A DNA stretch of 64,000 bases, from contig OZ024747.1 of NCBI GenBank assembly GCA_964016885.1, positions 41,726,001-41,790,000 of the forward strand. The letters are read 5' to 3'. This stretch comes from Eledone cirrhosa (Eukaryota). Both the position numbers and the translations under genes were made by a program. Positions within the stretch are counted from its first letter, which is position 1; every line of letters begins with the position of its first letter. Below are positions 39,264-51,310 of the stretch, piece after piece. Below the pieces are notes generated by a model, which worked only from the letters and a program-made list of their open reading frames with translations, made no database searches and was not told the DNA's origin.

Positions 39264-39549
39264 GTTTGTTAACTTCTATAAAAATTGATGTCAATAAAGT
39301 TAGGGAAAAACAAGTATTTCAAACTAGAGAGTTGATCATGAGACTTACCTCCCTTGATCTATTTATTTATTTATTTATTTATATTATATGAATTTTTAAT
39401 AATTAAAAGGTTGTAATTGTTGTCACTCTTATTCTTGTCGTCGTTGTTGTAATTTTAGTCGTAAGTTAAATATTGCAAATATTGTTTCTTTATGTTTATC
39501 TATTTTGTATATCTGTGGCGTCCGAACGAGTATTCTCCGCCTTCAACTA

Positions 39550-39985
39550 ACTTACCCACCGCCTTTTGGTCTCGGCCAACAGGCTGGAGAATACATTGCT
39601 CTGGGGGACGGAGAAGGAGACGCGCTGGGAAGGCCACTCTACCTCGCATCTGCGGGCAGCCAACTCCACTCCGATAGCAATGATCAAGGATGTGGTTCGG
39701 AGACCAAGAAGGCTGGAAGTCCCCACTGCTACAGGCTCTACCACAAACCTGTCAGAGAGCGGCCGATACTTGGCCAGTTTACCCTCTTCGGCATAACGGG
39801 CAGCAGAGCCTAGGCTGGTAGCCGAACGCACCAGGTTGGCACTAGAGAAAGTGTCACAACATGTATCATCCCATATGAGGGGCTTACCCCCGCGGAGCGG
39901 GAAGATTGTCATGCCGTGTGGCTGTTTGTTTGGCCCTAGCCGGGCAGGGGAGCCTACGCCGTCTAGGCCCTCTCTTTGAGGGCAG
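39550..39985 (-). mobile_element. Second CRE-clade fragment (RLE domain), immediately upstream of LTV1
   Basis: GMTIFPLRGGKPLIWDDTCCDT...AARYAEEGKLAKY.PLSDRFVVEPVAVGTS; clearly homologous to 7515-8100. Confidence 0.75.
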
Positions 39986-40140
39986 CATGACGTGGGAGGT
40001 AACGGTATGACATATTTCGTTTACATTTATAATAAGAATTCAGGCCCACTGGCAGAATACGAACCAAATATTTATCGCCTGCTCCAGTACTGCGATACTG
40101 CCCCCGTTTTCTGTCACAAATTGGATCTCATAATGTCCAA

Positions 40141-40880
40141 TGTAATTTAATCGTTGAATCTGTATCACCTCCCTACTCATTGTTATCGGAAATAAGTTGA
40201 CCACTTGCAGGATAGCGCTCTATGAGTTATAATAGTTATTTCAACACATTATCTTCGGGAGAAACGCTTTCTCCATTCTTTCCTCTGGGACCATAGAGCA
40301 TCTTGCGCTAAGGGTTCTGGGCTTCTGCACGCCAGAGAATGTTCTGCCCCACTGTCGGGGGTTGTATGATTGGAGTAATGGTATAGGTTGCTGATATCTA
40401 CGACATATACGTAGCGAAATCCACACCTTGAAGACTGGTTGACACTTAACGGTCAAATTCTGGGTCACCCCCTTTTTTGCGTAAACAAGTTTGATGCGTG
40501 GGCGATCCCTCGAGGCAGGGGACAGAGGAAGCGACATATATAAATAGCCAGTATCAGACAAAGTAAAACGAGTTCGGAGCAGCAGTCCTTGAGAGAATAA
40601 CGATGTAAAACATTCGCTTTCTACAGACCCCTTGGGGTCCACAGACCTTTCTCTCTCTCTCCTGGTCTTACAGGCTCTCACTTCTCTGGCCACAGACTAC
40701 ACTAGAATAACGAAGTAACAACAAAAACATCGTCAACCTTTATAACTCGTAGTAACCTATTCTTTGTTCATTTATTAAGTGAAGTGAAGTAAATTTTATA
40801 TCAAAAGTAAACCATCTATTTTGTGTTATTTCCTCTAACAATAACTACTAACTTTTGCTTCGCTTCAATTGGTGACCCCG
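40141..40880 (+). mobile_element. Probable LTR-retrotransposon (Gypsy-like) LTR followed by a tRNA-Trp primer-binding site; left boundary uncertain
   Basis: Higher-GC block with a TATA-like TATATAAATA (about 40537), ending in CA at 40867. TGGTGACCCCG follows at 40870-40880, complementary to the 3' end of tRNA-Trp. No gag/pol seen. Confidence 0.55.
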
Positions 40881-41191
40881 GATTAGAATAGCAGCTTTCT
40901 GAACAATCGATAATTACCAAGCTTCTCATCTATATGAAAAAACTTCACTTCTTTAAATTATTTACAAAACTTCGATTCTACAGAATATTTACGTTGACTT
41001 CGCTTCGATTCATTACCAAACACTTCACTGCGAAAATGCGACACACACGAGAAATTGCTTTGTCATATTCTTCAACAACAACAAACATTACTACTAGCTT
41101 CCTAGCAAAAAACGACAACATTCTAACACCAAAGTAAAAAAAAAAACTCAAACACACAAAGAAAAGAAAAACTGTACTTTTCGTTTAGAAC

Positions 41192-41242
<51 letters not shown>

Positions 41243-41994
41243 ATCTTTTTTTTTTTTTACAGGTTATATATGAACGTTCATTTTTACTGTTTTATATACC
41301 TGCATGCACATACATATTTTGCATCAAACACACATCATTTCATTTTTACACGCAAACATTTTGTTATCTATAATGTATGTTCTTGATTCGTGTGGGGATT
41401 CTGCGACATCACTTTTCACCTGGTTGAGGTACAGTAACAGTTATCGACACATGAAACCCACCCAAACTGGGACTCCACTCGCCTGGACTCACTCAGGCAC
41501 GCAACTCGAAATTGCACACACTCATGTCATAGCGTAAACCTCAATCCAGTCACGACTTCTCCGACTCACTGGGAAAGCATCATACGTATGATACATCGAG
41601 AGAAATAGTCCTCTGTATTATATAACCCGACACCGCGACTTCACACTTCAAGCCATGCATACTTTTACATGAGTTGATCACAACACCGTATATTTACAGC
41701 TTCTTCTGAATGTTACACACACATGCATACACGTTTACACGATTTCTTCAAAAACCATTAAAAAATACATTCAAAAACGTCCTTAAAAATGCCCCTAAAA
41801 ACAAGCGAAGACATAAATTGTAACTGGGCAAGATATAAAGGCAATATATATTTTCTATAAATTATAGATACTTTTAAAAGTCTTGGAGAATCGATGCAAA
41901 CTTCACTTCTTCAAATTATTTACCAAACTTCGATTCTACAGAATATTTACGGTGACTTCGCTTCGATGCTTCAATTCATTACCAAACACTTCAC

Positions 41995-43920
41995 TTTTGT
42001 TTATAGTATTATTAGGATTGGTAATTATATGAAAGATTTCTTCAATTCAGAGATGACAAATTCTTGAAAGTGCCATATTCGTGTATGCGGGCGCTTTCGA
42101 TACCCTTCGCCAAGAGATCGATAGTCAATATTGTTGTCTTTTAAAGACCAAATTAAATGTGATAGTGATGTTGAAAATTTTTTGTCCGATCTCTTAAATG
42201 TGTTTATGATTATACCAGCGGTCCTTAAATTTTGTAGAAGTGGCTCCTATATAATTATATAATTTATCTTTAGTTTTTATGGTGCGTTTGTATACTAAAT
42301 TTGTATCTAGGCAATTATTCTGTAAAGGGCAAGATATTTTATTTCTGCAGTTACATTTTCTAAAATTGGTGTTTAGAGAAACGGTATGATTATTATATGT
42401 AATGTTATTAGTAATATTGTTATTGCTATTCAGGTTCATTTGGGTTGAGTTTAATTTTAAACTCCTATTATTAATTCTATTAATATTTTGTGCTATATTC
42501 ATAGTAGTAGAGTAAGAGAGTTTGATTGTATGTCTGTTAAAAATAGAGTGATATTTATGGGATTTAGGAAAACATTTATCTAAAGCCTTAAAACAATTGG
42601 TGTACTAAAGGTGTCTTAATTCCTAAAGAGATTGGAGAATACCAAATAATATTTCTAGTTCAAGCTTTTTTTGTTTGATTTACTATTTTGGTTAATTTGT
42701 TTATTATTAATATTATAGTAAATTTTAGGAGGTTTTTGTATACTATTCTTATCTATGTAGTTAATTTTATTATTGTAACCGGCTCTGTGTAAAGCATCGT
42801 TGTAATATTCTGCTTTGTTATCAAATTATTTTTATTAGCTGAAGTGCGTGATATTCTTTGCTGGAGACTATTAACTATGGCATTTTAAACATTTCTAGGG
42901 TGATTAGAGTAGAAGCTTGCGTAGTTTAGGTTTTCATTAATCTTATGGAACGGGTAATATAGGCCTGAGTTAAGGTTTAAAGTAACGTCTAAGAAATTAA
43001 CAATTTTATTATCATTTTCAATTTCTAATTTAAGGTTATAATTATTTTTAAAATTCTATGATAATTTTCTTTTTCTGCTAAGTTCAACTATAAATAAACG
43101 CATCATCGCGATATAAACCTCCGGCAGTTTTCTATGTAAGGCATTAAGAATGAATATTCCAACTAAGTCAGTTATCTGAGCCGAATCAGATGAGCCCATT
43201 GTGATATCAAAATTGTTCTGTCTATCAGCCCTAGTCCAGAGATCGTTGTTAAATTCAATAAGAGTTTTACGTGCAGTTAAAATAATGTTTATTTCCTCGC
43301 TAGTTAAGTCAGTATGTTTTGATGCGTAAACTAGTGCTTTATTAAGTAGATTAGGTGTTATTGAAGAATAGTAGTTAGCAATATCGACTTTTATAAATTT
43401 TGTGTTGTTTTTAGATTTAATGTCTACGAACCAATCTATCACTTCATTTGTACCGTTCCAAAGTTTGAGATATGATTTATGCTTAAGTATTGGTATAATT
43501 CTATCTAGTATAGTTTTACTAATAATACCTAGATCGGATTTAGATGGTGCTATAAATCTGACTGGTAGTTCTGCTTCAAAATTCTTTTTATGATCTTTCA
43601 TATTTATCTTTGGTTGTCTTGGTATGAAGGGTTCAATCCTATTTTCGATACCTAAGTTGTAGATAATTTCACAAGCTTCTTTGTTTAAGGTTTATAGATC
43701 CTCTTTAGAGGTTTTTATAATTCTTTCTAAGTTCTTTCAGTATTAAATTATTGTAGTCTTCCTTTTCGATTCCGTATAAGTTGTTAGTTTTGTCAGATTT
43801 TACGAGGATCTTATTTGATTTTTTCAAGTTATCCATTTTATATTTTAGGCCTTTGAGGTATTCCTGGCCTCTGTATTGGTTTTTATAAATTTAATACTTT
43901 GTATTATACTTATTAGTTTA
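41995..43920 (-). mobile_element. Decayed Penelope-like retroelement, Naiad-type RT plus C-terminal GIY-YIG endonuclease
   Basis: KDHKKNF...LGIISK.ILDRI...VIDWF...DIANYYSSI...FDITMGSSDSA...(frameshift)GLYRDD...VNFLDVT; CNCRNKISCPLQNNCL...VYK...YIGATSTKFKDRWYNH...TSLS.LIWSLK...CHL*IEE; multiple frameshifts. Confidence 0.88.
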
Positions 43921-44512
43921 GTTCGTTTTCGAACTCAGCTAAAAGTTTATTTTTAATAATAATATACAATTAATCTCTTATAATATAATAAAATATACTT
44001 ATAACTGCAATCATCATAATATTAAAACACACCCGTAAAATACATCCAATTGTATATATAAATATAAGCTATCTTTCACATATTAAATTAATAGTTCTCA
44101 CTTTAATACATTAATTTATAATTCTCACCTTATATTATAAATACTTCCAAATTATATAATTAAATAAATAAAAATAAATATAATTATTTCATTCTTTCTA
44201 TACCCATGTAAAAATGTTTCGGACACTTATATATGCATATTCCTATAAATATTCTGTAAGTAGCTTTAAATATTTTTTTCTTAAAATCTTTTCTTCAACT
44301 TTAATAGCAAATCTCTTTTCTTTTCTTTTTAAAAAATAATTCTGATAATTATTTAAATATACTTAGCGTCTAAACATAACGGTCTTTTTCAGTTTTAACG
44401 TTATCCTCATTAGCATATTCATCTTGAGTTTCGAAGTTTTATTCACTATTTACATAGAACTCATAACATTAAGTTCATATGTAGATGTCATTATCTGTAA
44501 ACCAATTATTAT

Positions 44513-44571
44513 ATTTTATCTGACGATAGCGTGCCAAAATACTGGTACCCTTGAAATGTATATAATAAAAT
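44513..44571 (+). ncRNA. Minimal type I hammerhead ribozyme motif
   Basis: ATTTTAT-CTGACGA-[stem II gtgcca/tggtac]-GAAA-TGTATA-TA|ATAAAAT; perfect 7-bp stem I; next to the Penelope-like element. Confidence 0.75.
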
Positions 44572-44616
44572 AAATATGGTTTTATAAATATAGTTTCCAT
44601 TTATTAATATTATCTC

Positions 44617-45734
44617 TCTATATATTAAAACAGAAAATGTCTGTCTGTGTAAAACTCGAGAAGTACCCGACCGATTTTTTTCAAACTTTACACATGTGTT
44701 ACTTATATTTCTTGAAGTGCAATGGGCTAAAAAAAATGTTAAACTTTTTCTGCCCTAGGGCCCACATTGGGCGAAAACCCGCATTTTTAAAGGCATTTTT
44801 GAGGCGTAACTTAAAGATAACCCAGCCGATTTCCTCGAAATTAGCAGCACACATTAGTTAGTCCCCTCTATTGCTGTGGACAAAAATCTTTCCAATTCCA
44901 TTAATGGCTTCTAGGAAATTTTCGAATTAGCATTGGGCATTACATGCCATTTTCATTTTCAATATAAACGCTACTTAAACATCGTAAGTAGCGTATAATA
45001 TTTCGTTAAAAATTTGGTTTATTTAACAGAGGACACAACACTTATTTTTAAACAGGACCATTTTCAGGGGATTGAGGAGGACCTTAAAATTTTTGTCGGC
45101 GCCCTGTTGACGCTTCGTGTTTTCATCACGCGCAAATCCGGGCCCTGTGTATGTTGCCGTGTTATTGACACCGTAAAACTCACGTCTGTGCTACTTCTAC
45201 TAAGACCCCTTCTGTTGCACCTACACCTCAGTATGAACGCCCTGCGCAAGTACGCCGAACAGCGTTTGAGCTAATTCCGCGGTGACCCCTTTTGTCGCAC
45301 CTTTGTTGCTTTGTAAACGCAGTGCAACCAATGCCGCCCAGCGTTTGTGCTAATTGCACTATGCAGCTGCGTTGGCACGCTGATTTCGTCATCTCAATAT
45401 CCCTACTTAAACGTTCATCCCTACTTGGTTTTCACACAATTGACTACGTCACTCCGTTAGACTGACGTGTGTTCCCCATCTGCGACGTAATTCATGAACA
45501 GACTTACGACATACATCGCCCCACAACACTTACTCCTTTCGCATACAGGATTTCCGCAATCAGCCTACTGACACTGCTACTACTGGATTCGGCCTGCTGG
45601 TGTTCTACGTTTCCATGAACAATCATTCCCTGAGAATAAAGGAATTCAAAAAGTACACAGCTACATTCCTCAATCTTTGCATATGCATGTTGCTCTTTCA
45701 CGTTTCCTACTCCGTGCAACGCCGGGTCCTGCTG

Positions 45735-45738
<4 letters not shown>
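44617..45738 (+). mobile_element. Non-autonomous Helitron-like element
   Basis: 5' TCTATATATTAAAA...tgtctgtctg...aactcgagaa..ccgattt..aaactt; 3' GC-rich ccgtgcaacgccggg then CTAA. Both termini are shared with 56575-57389. Confidence 0.65.
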
Positions 45739-45772
<34 letters not shown>

Positions 45773-48700
45773 CTCTAATTCTCTTCATTATCACATTACA
45801 TTCGTTTTCGGCCAGGGTCTAACGACACAGAGTTTAGTACCACTAACCTTTGTAGCAGCTGACCGTTTGGTTCTCAACAACGGTGTAGCATTATCTTTGA
45901 ACAGCAGAATTTCTGTCGCCACCACACAACTCCCACTCCTTGATTGTGCCTACCAAACCCACAATGCCTTACTTTGATGAGCAACAATAACACTGAATTT
46001 GCAGGCCATCTTTGAATCAAATCTATTCTCTGTTCGTGATTCCTTTTATTGATTAACTAATTATGCAATACGCACCTGATGATGTAGCCAGGGTCTTATG
46101 TAACAAGGCCATTGTACTATTACTTCATGGTTAACTAAACGGAATGACCAGTTTTATCCATTGGTGAATCACACAACATAAATGAATACAGCTCCTTTTG
46201 CAGTCAAGTGCTTTGTGATATTATGGAGAACCATGGCCCTGACACCAGTATAGGGAAAACTACCACCCCACATCAAGGCAACTTGCCAAAACTGAGTCTA
46301 CCTTAACCCTTTAGCATTTAAACTGGCCGTATCCGGCCAGAATTCTTTCACCTCTTTCTGGTCAAACTGGCTGCTTATATTAATGTTAAGGTTTGGTTCT
46401 CAAAATAAATAATATCAAAATCTCGTAGATTCGATATTATGTGAAATAAAGCCTTTACTGTGAAAATATAATAGTAAATATAGACTAATGTAATAATGTA
46501 AATGCATATATGGCTACATATACCCATATAGAACAATATTTTTAATGGACTCTCCAAATTGTTTGATGCATCCTTTCTGATTCTATTTCACTTTCTATAT
46601 CCTGTACTGACTGAGTTTTTACCTTCATAGTTTTGTGTTTATCAGGTATTTATATTGAATGTTGCATCTCAGACCTTACATTGCATATTATTTGATTTTA
46701 TTTCATTTCATTGATTTTTATTATATTTTATATTTCAAATATAACCTCTGTATACCTTACCATATAACTTACTGCTTATCTTATACTTCATGTGATATAA
46801 TCTTTTAATACCACGTCTCAGTAGGGTCTCCATACCAATAGCTTCAACTAAATATTAATTATTCTCAATCATTAATTGCATTTCACTACCTCTTTTACTT
46901 ATTTACTATCCACTGATGATATATTTAATTATCCCCCACCCCACCGCGTTATTTACGCACCTCATAACATTTGATATTGTTCTCTTGTATTATAATAACT
47001 ACACTAGGGACATACATACTTCGAAATGTCAAATTTACCCTTAATCTTACATCGTAGTTTTCTATATTTTTATAATTCCATATTTTCATATTTTATTTTA
47101 TAGTATATAATTATATTATATTCCATATGTAATCTGATATTGAGTGACCCATATGACCCAATAATAGCTACTGATTTAATTTGATTTAATTTAATCTTAA
47201 TTTTTTATCTTTTATTTTCAATTTTACCTTCAACTATATACTTATATATTTTATCCACCCTCCATTTATTATTTATACAACTGTGAATAAAATATTATAC
47301 TTCATTTCAAAATATAAAAACAATAATTACAAAACAAAAAAAAGTGTTAACCATGGACAAGATTTGAGTTGGTGTCATATACCCTCTGACAAACTCAGCC
47401 AGTAGTATCAAAACTTAACAGAGTTAGTAAGCTTTTCAGCAGTTAAACTAAAAATAATCTTCATATTCATGAAATGCACACACATAAAATCAGCAAAGCA
47501 AATGGACAACAATAAAAATAAGCAAAAATAGAAGAAAAAGATGAAGAAAGAACAGATATAGACACTTCTTCAATTACATATTGCAACAGAGAGTGTTGGT
47601 GTTTTCCCCATTGCAATTTTTTAGGCAAGCCAAAACTCACAGTATTAGTACAGGCAGTAACATGACTGAGGTGACAACCAAGTATCTTTACAAGTATCAC
47701 CTGATACGTTAGTTACATCAGCTACTAACAATGACAAAAACTTTATCAACAGCTTTTAAATTACAAGGCTCCTACTTAGTGCTTATAGCAGCAATATCCC
47801 CTTTGCCATTAAAATATATCCAGTTGAATAACATAAAAAATAATTCCATTCTTTTTTTTTACAGAGGCATAAATAATTGTTTCTGTTTTAGGCAGATCAA
47901 CAGATTTGGGGAAGTGGAAGTTGATTATATTGATCCCATTACTTAACTGGTACTTCATTTTATCGACCTTGGAAAGATGAAAGGCAAATCTGAGCTCAGT
48001 GTGATTAGATCTCAGAACATAAAGAACAGGAACAAGTCCCACACTTTAACATGTCTGCCAATCCTTAAAGAGGCATAAATAATAATGGTTTCTGATTTAG
48101 ACAGAAGGCAAACAGTTTTAAGGGATGGGAAAGTCAATTATATCAGTCTCAATACGTTACCTGTACTTTATTTTATCGATCCTGTAAGGATGAAAGGCAA
48201 AACTAACCTGAGCAGGATTTGAACTCAAACTATAAAGGGTTGTAACTCTATGCTGCGAAACATAGTGACCGACACTCTAACAATACTGCCAATCCACCAC
48301 TCTAGAGGCTTAAATAATAATAATAGTCTACATGTGCCTTTCATCCTCCCAGGGTCGATTTAATTGACTTTTCTCCCCACCCAAACCCCACCCTCCCCCA
48401 CAAAATTGGTAGATCTGGAGGAGAGGACAAGTCCTTCTGAAAAGAGAGAGATGGTATGTAATGATAAACGTACAGAGATGCATTCTGGTGCTGCTAGGTC
48501 TGCACTGGAGTTTAATAGGTCTTCACAGCTGCAATTTGGTGCTTGTGAGTTTTCACAGCTGCAGTTTTGTGCTGGTGAGTTTTCAATAATGTAGTTTGTT
48601 GCTGGTAGGTCTGCACAATTGCAATTTGTTGCCCTTTTTAGTTTGTTGTTGATGGTTCTGTCAAATGAAAATTGTAGCTGGTGAATCTGCACAGATGCAG

Positions 48701-49414
48701 TTCTTAGTGATGAGCCTGCATATATGCTGTTTAGTGTTAAGAATGTTCCATATTTTACTACATGATATACATTTAACTAGACGATGTCAGATATCACATT
48801 ACAGAATACAAAAATTCCAAAATAATTCTGTTATATAAATAAAAAGTTTCACCAAGAACTAATTTCTTTTAAAATATTTCATAAAAATGAAGTTTAGATT
48901 TTTTTTTTCCTAAATAAAACTTGGAAGAGCAAACATCCATTTATTCATAATCCATAAGATTTCTGACACTGGAGAATTTATCACAGTGAATTTGTGAGAA
49001 ATATAAAACAAAACAAAGAAAATACGATGTCTAGCTAACACCAGAAAAGGAAAAGAAACTCAATATCAAACAAAACAAACATTTATAGTCTTTATGCAAA
49101 TCAAACAAACACAAAATTTAAATTCAAATATTCTCTAAATATTTTCACAAAATAAAAAAATATAGATGAAGAAAATATATATTAAAAAGAAGGTAGTTAT
49201 TTTGATTCAATAACAGATATTTTTTTTAAGGAGTCATTTAATCAGTGTTTATCAATATAAATAGTCATTTCTGAAATAAAATAAAATGACATAATCATCT
49301 CTCGTTCAATGTGAGATAATGTTGATGGTATTTTCTGAATATTTCACACATAGAGATGATAAATATGTACAGTATTAGATATGTTTGTAAAATGTTAAGC
49401 AAATATATAGAGTT

Positions 49415-49930
49415 GACCAGTTATTGACAGTGTTGGATATGTGTTGACTGTGTTGGACATGTGTCAACTGTGTTGGACATGTGTTGACTGTGTTGGATAT
49501 GTGTTGACTGGGTTGACAGTGTTGGACATGTCTTGACCGTGTTGACTGTGTTGGATATGTGTTGACTGTGTTGACAGTGTTGGGCATGTGTTGACAGTGT
49601 TGGACATGTGTTGACTGTGTTGGATATGTGTTGACTGTGTTGGACATGTGTTGACTGTGCTGGATATGTGTTGACAGTGTTGGACATGTGTTAGCTGTGT
49701 TGACTGTGTTGGACATGTGTTAGCCGTGTTGACAGTGTTGGACATGTGTTGACAGTGTTGGACATGTGTTGACCGTGTTGGGCATGTGTTGACTGTGTTG
49801 ACAGCGTTGGACATGTGTTAGCTGTGTTGGAAATGTGTTGACTGTGTTGGACATGTGTTGACTGTGTTGATAAGTGATGGACATGTGTGGACTGTGTTGG
49901 ACATATGTTGACTGTGCTGAACATGTGTTG
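49415..49930. repeat. 10/20-bp minisatellite (TGTTGACWGTGTTGGAYATG)
   Basis: Direct inspection. Confidence 0.95.
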
Positions 49931-50199
49931 GAGGTAAGCTTCAAACAAGCTTCATCTACAAGTTCGCTCCACTTCTTGATGTTCCATCTCACGTCATTAA
50001 TACATCCAAGAAAGGCATGAACATCACAACATTTCCTTACTCATTATATATCTCAGTTCTTGTGCTTATGTAAGAAATAAAATGAAAGCTCCTTACAAAT
50101 AGACAAACAGTTCAGCTAAGAGAGTAGGACATGGTACTGTACATGTTGTATATCTGCTTGGTAGTTATGATTTAAGTGAAGTGTTCCTTAATAACAAAC

Positions 50200-50400
50200 A
50201 GACTAGCCAAAGTGAAGCCACTATAAGGTCACTCAATCTGCTAGAAATAGCAGCCAAATCTCCCTCAAATGAAACATTGCCATCTTAAAAAGGGAAAGAA
50301 CACATTGGATCATGTAGTCCAAGACATATCCTTAAATGATGGGTTGTCATACTGGAATGCTTTATCAGAGTTTACCTGGGCTTAAACAACAACAAACAAG
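50200..50400 (+). mobile_element. Dispersed repeat family C (probable SINE body); relatives at about 60280-60510(+), 60-200(-), 37880-38070(-) and 31480-31650(-)
   Basis: Shared ggtcact..a.ctg.ta.aaatagcagccaaat.tccctcaaat...cattggat.atgtagt...acctgg..taaacaacaac. Confidence 0.55.
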
Positions 50401-50749
50401 AAAACAAACATATGAAAGCATAATTAAAAATGTATATGCAATATGTAAACTGTGTAAAGTGATTGGTGTTAGAAAGGGCATCTAGCCACAGAAAGCTTCT
50501 CAAACAAAGGTTTGGAAGGACTCTTCAGTCAGGTCAAAACATAACTTCCTTAGTGTTGGTGATCTATACATTAAATGCATCCTGTACGCATCTAAAGTAA
50601 TTGGTGATAGGAAGGGCATCCAGTCATAGAAAACCTGCCAAACAAAAGATCAGGAATATTTTGCAGCTGTGTAAAAGACGTAACAACCTCCCTAGTGCTG
50701 GTGCCATGATGAAATATATATGGTAGACCTTAGGAACATTTAATATAAG

Positions 50750-51310
50750 GCCTAGGTCCATTATCTGCTGAGGAGGAGGACCACATATCAAATAAGGCCT
50801 AGGCCTATTACCTGCTGAGGGGAGACTACACTTCACATAAGATCTAGATATATTACCTGCTGGAGTGGAGGTGGGGGACTATACTCCACATAAGATCTAG
50901 ATATATTACCTTCTGGAGTGGAGGTAGGAGACTACACTTCACATAAGATCTAGATATATTACCTGCTGGAGTGGAGGTGGGAGACTACACTCCACATAAG
51001 ATCTAGATATATTACCTGCTGGAGTGGAGGTGGGGTATAACACTTCATATAAGATCTAGATATATTACCTGCTGGAGTGGAGGTGGGGGACTACACTTCA
51101 CATAAGATCTAGATATATTACCTGCTGGAGGTGGGGGACTACACTTCACATAAGATCTAGATATATTACCTGCTGGAGTGGAGGTGGGGGACTACACTCC
51201 ACATAAGATCTAGATATATTACCTGCTGGAGGTGGGGGACTACACTTCACATAAGATCTAGATATATTACCCGCTGGAGTGGAGGTGGGGGACTACACTT
51301 CACATAAGGC
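50750..51310. repeat. 47-53 bp minisatellite, about 10 copies
   Basis: CATAAGATCTAGATATATTACCTGCTGGAGTGGAGGTGGGGGACTACACTTCA units. Confidence 0.95.

Noticed and set aside
39341-39360. U1 snRNA 5' end (ACTTACCT)
   Set aside because: No downstream U1 sequence; it is the reverse complement of a splice donor.
40241-40693. 150-aa minus-strand ORF
   Set aside because: No recognisable motif; lies antisense within the LTR-like block.
41880-44620. SECIS element for the Penelope UGA
   Set aside because: No convincing AUGA...AA...GA stem was found by eye, and the 3'UTR is truncated; SECISearch on full-length copies is needed.
46076-46919. CTGATGA motifs at 46076 and 46913 as hammerheads
   Set aside because: No properly spaced GAAA..UH or closing stems could be found by eye.
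49375-49992. Gln/His/Thr-rich ORFs
   Set aside because: Minisatellite translation open in several frames; no splice or homology support seen.
50750-51310. Repeat-spacer-like pattern
   Set aside because: The intervening parts are near-identical; it is a minisatellite.
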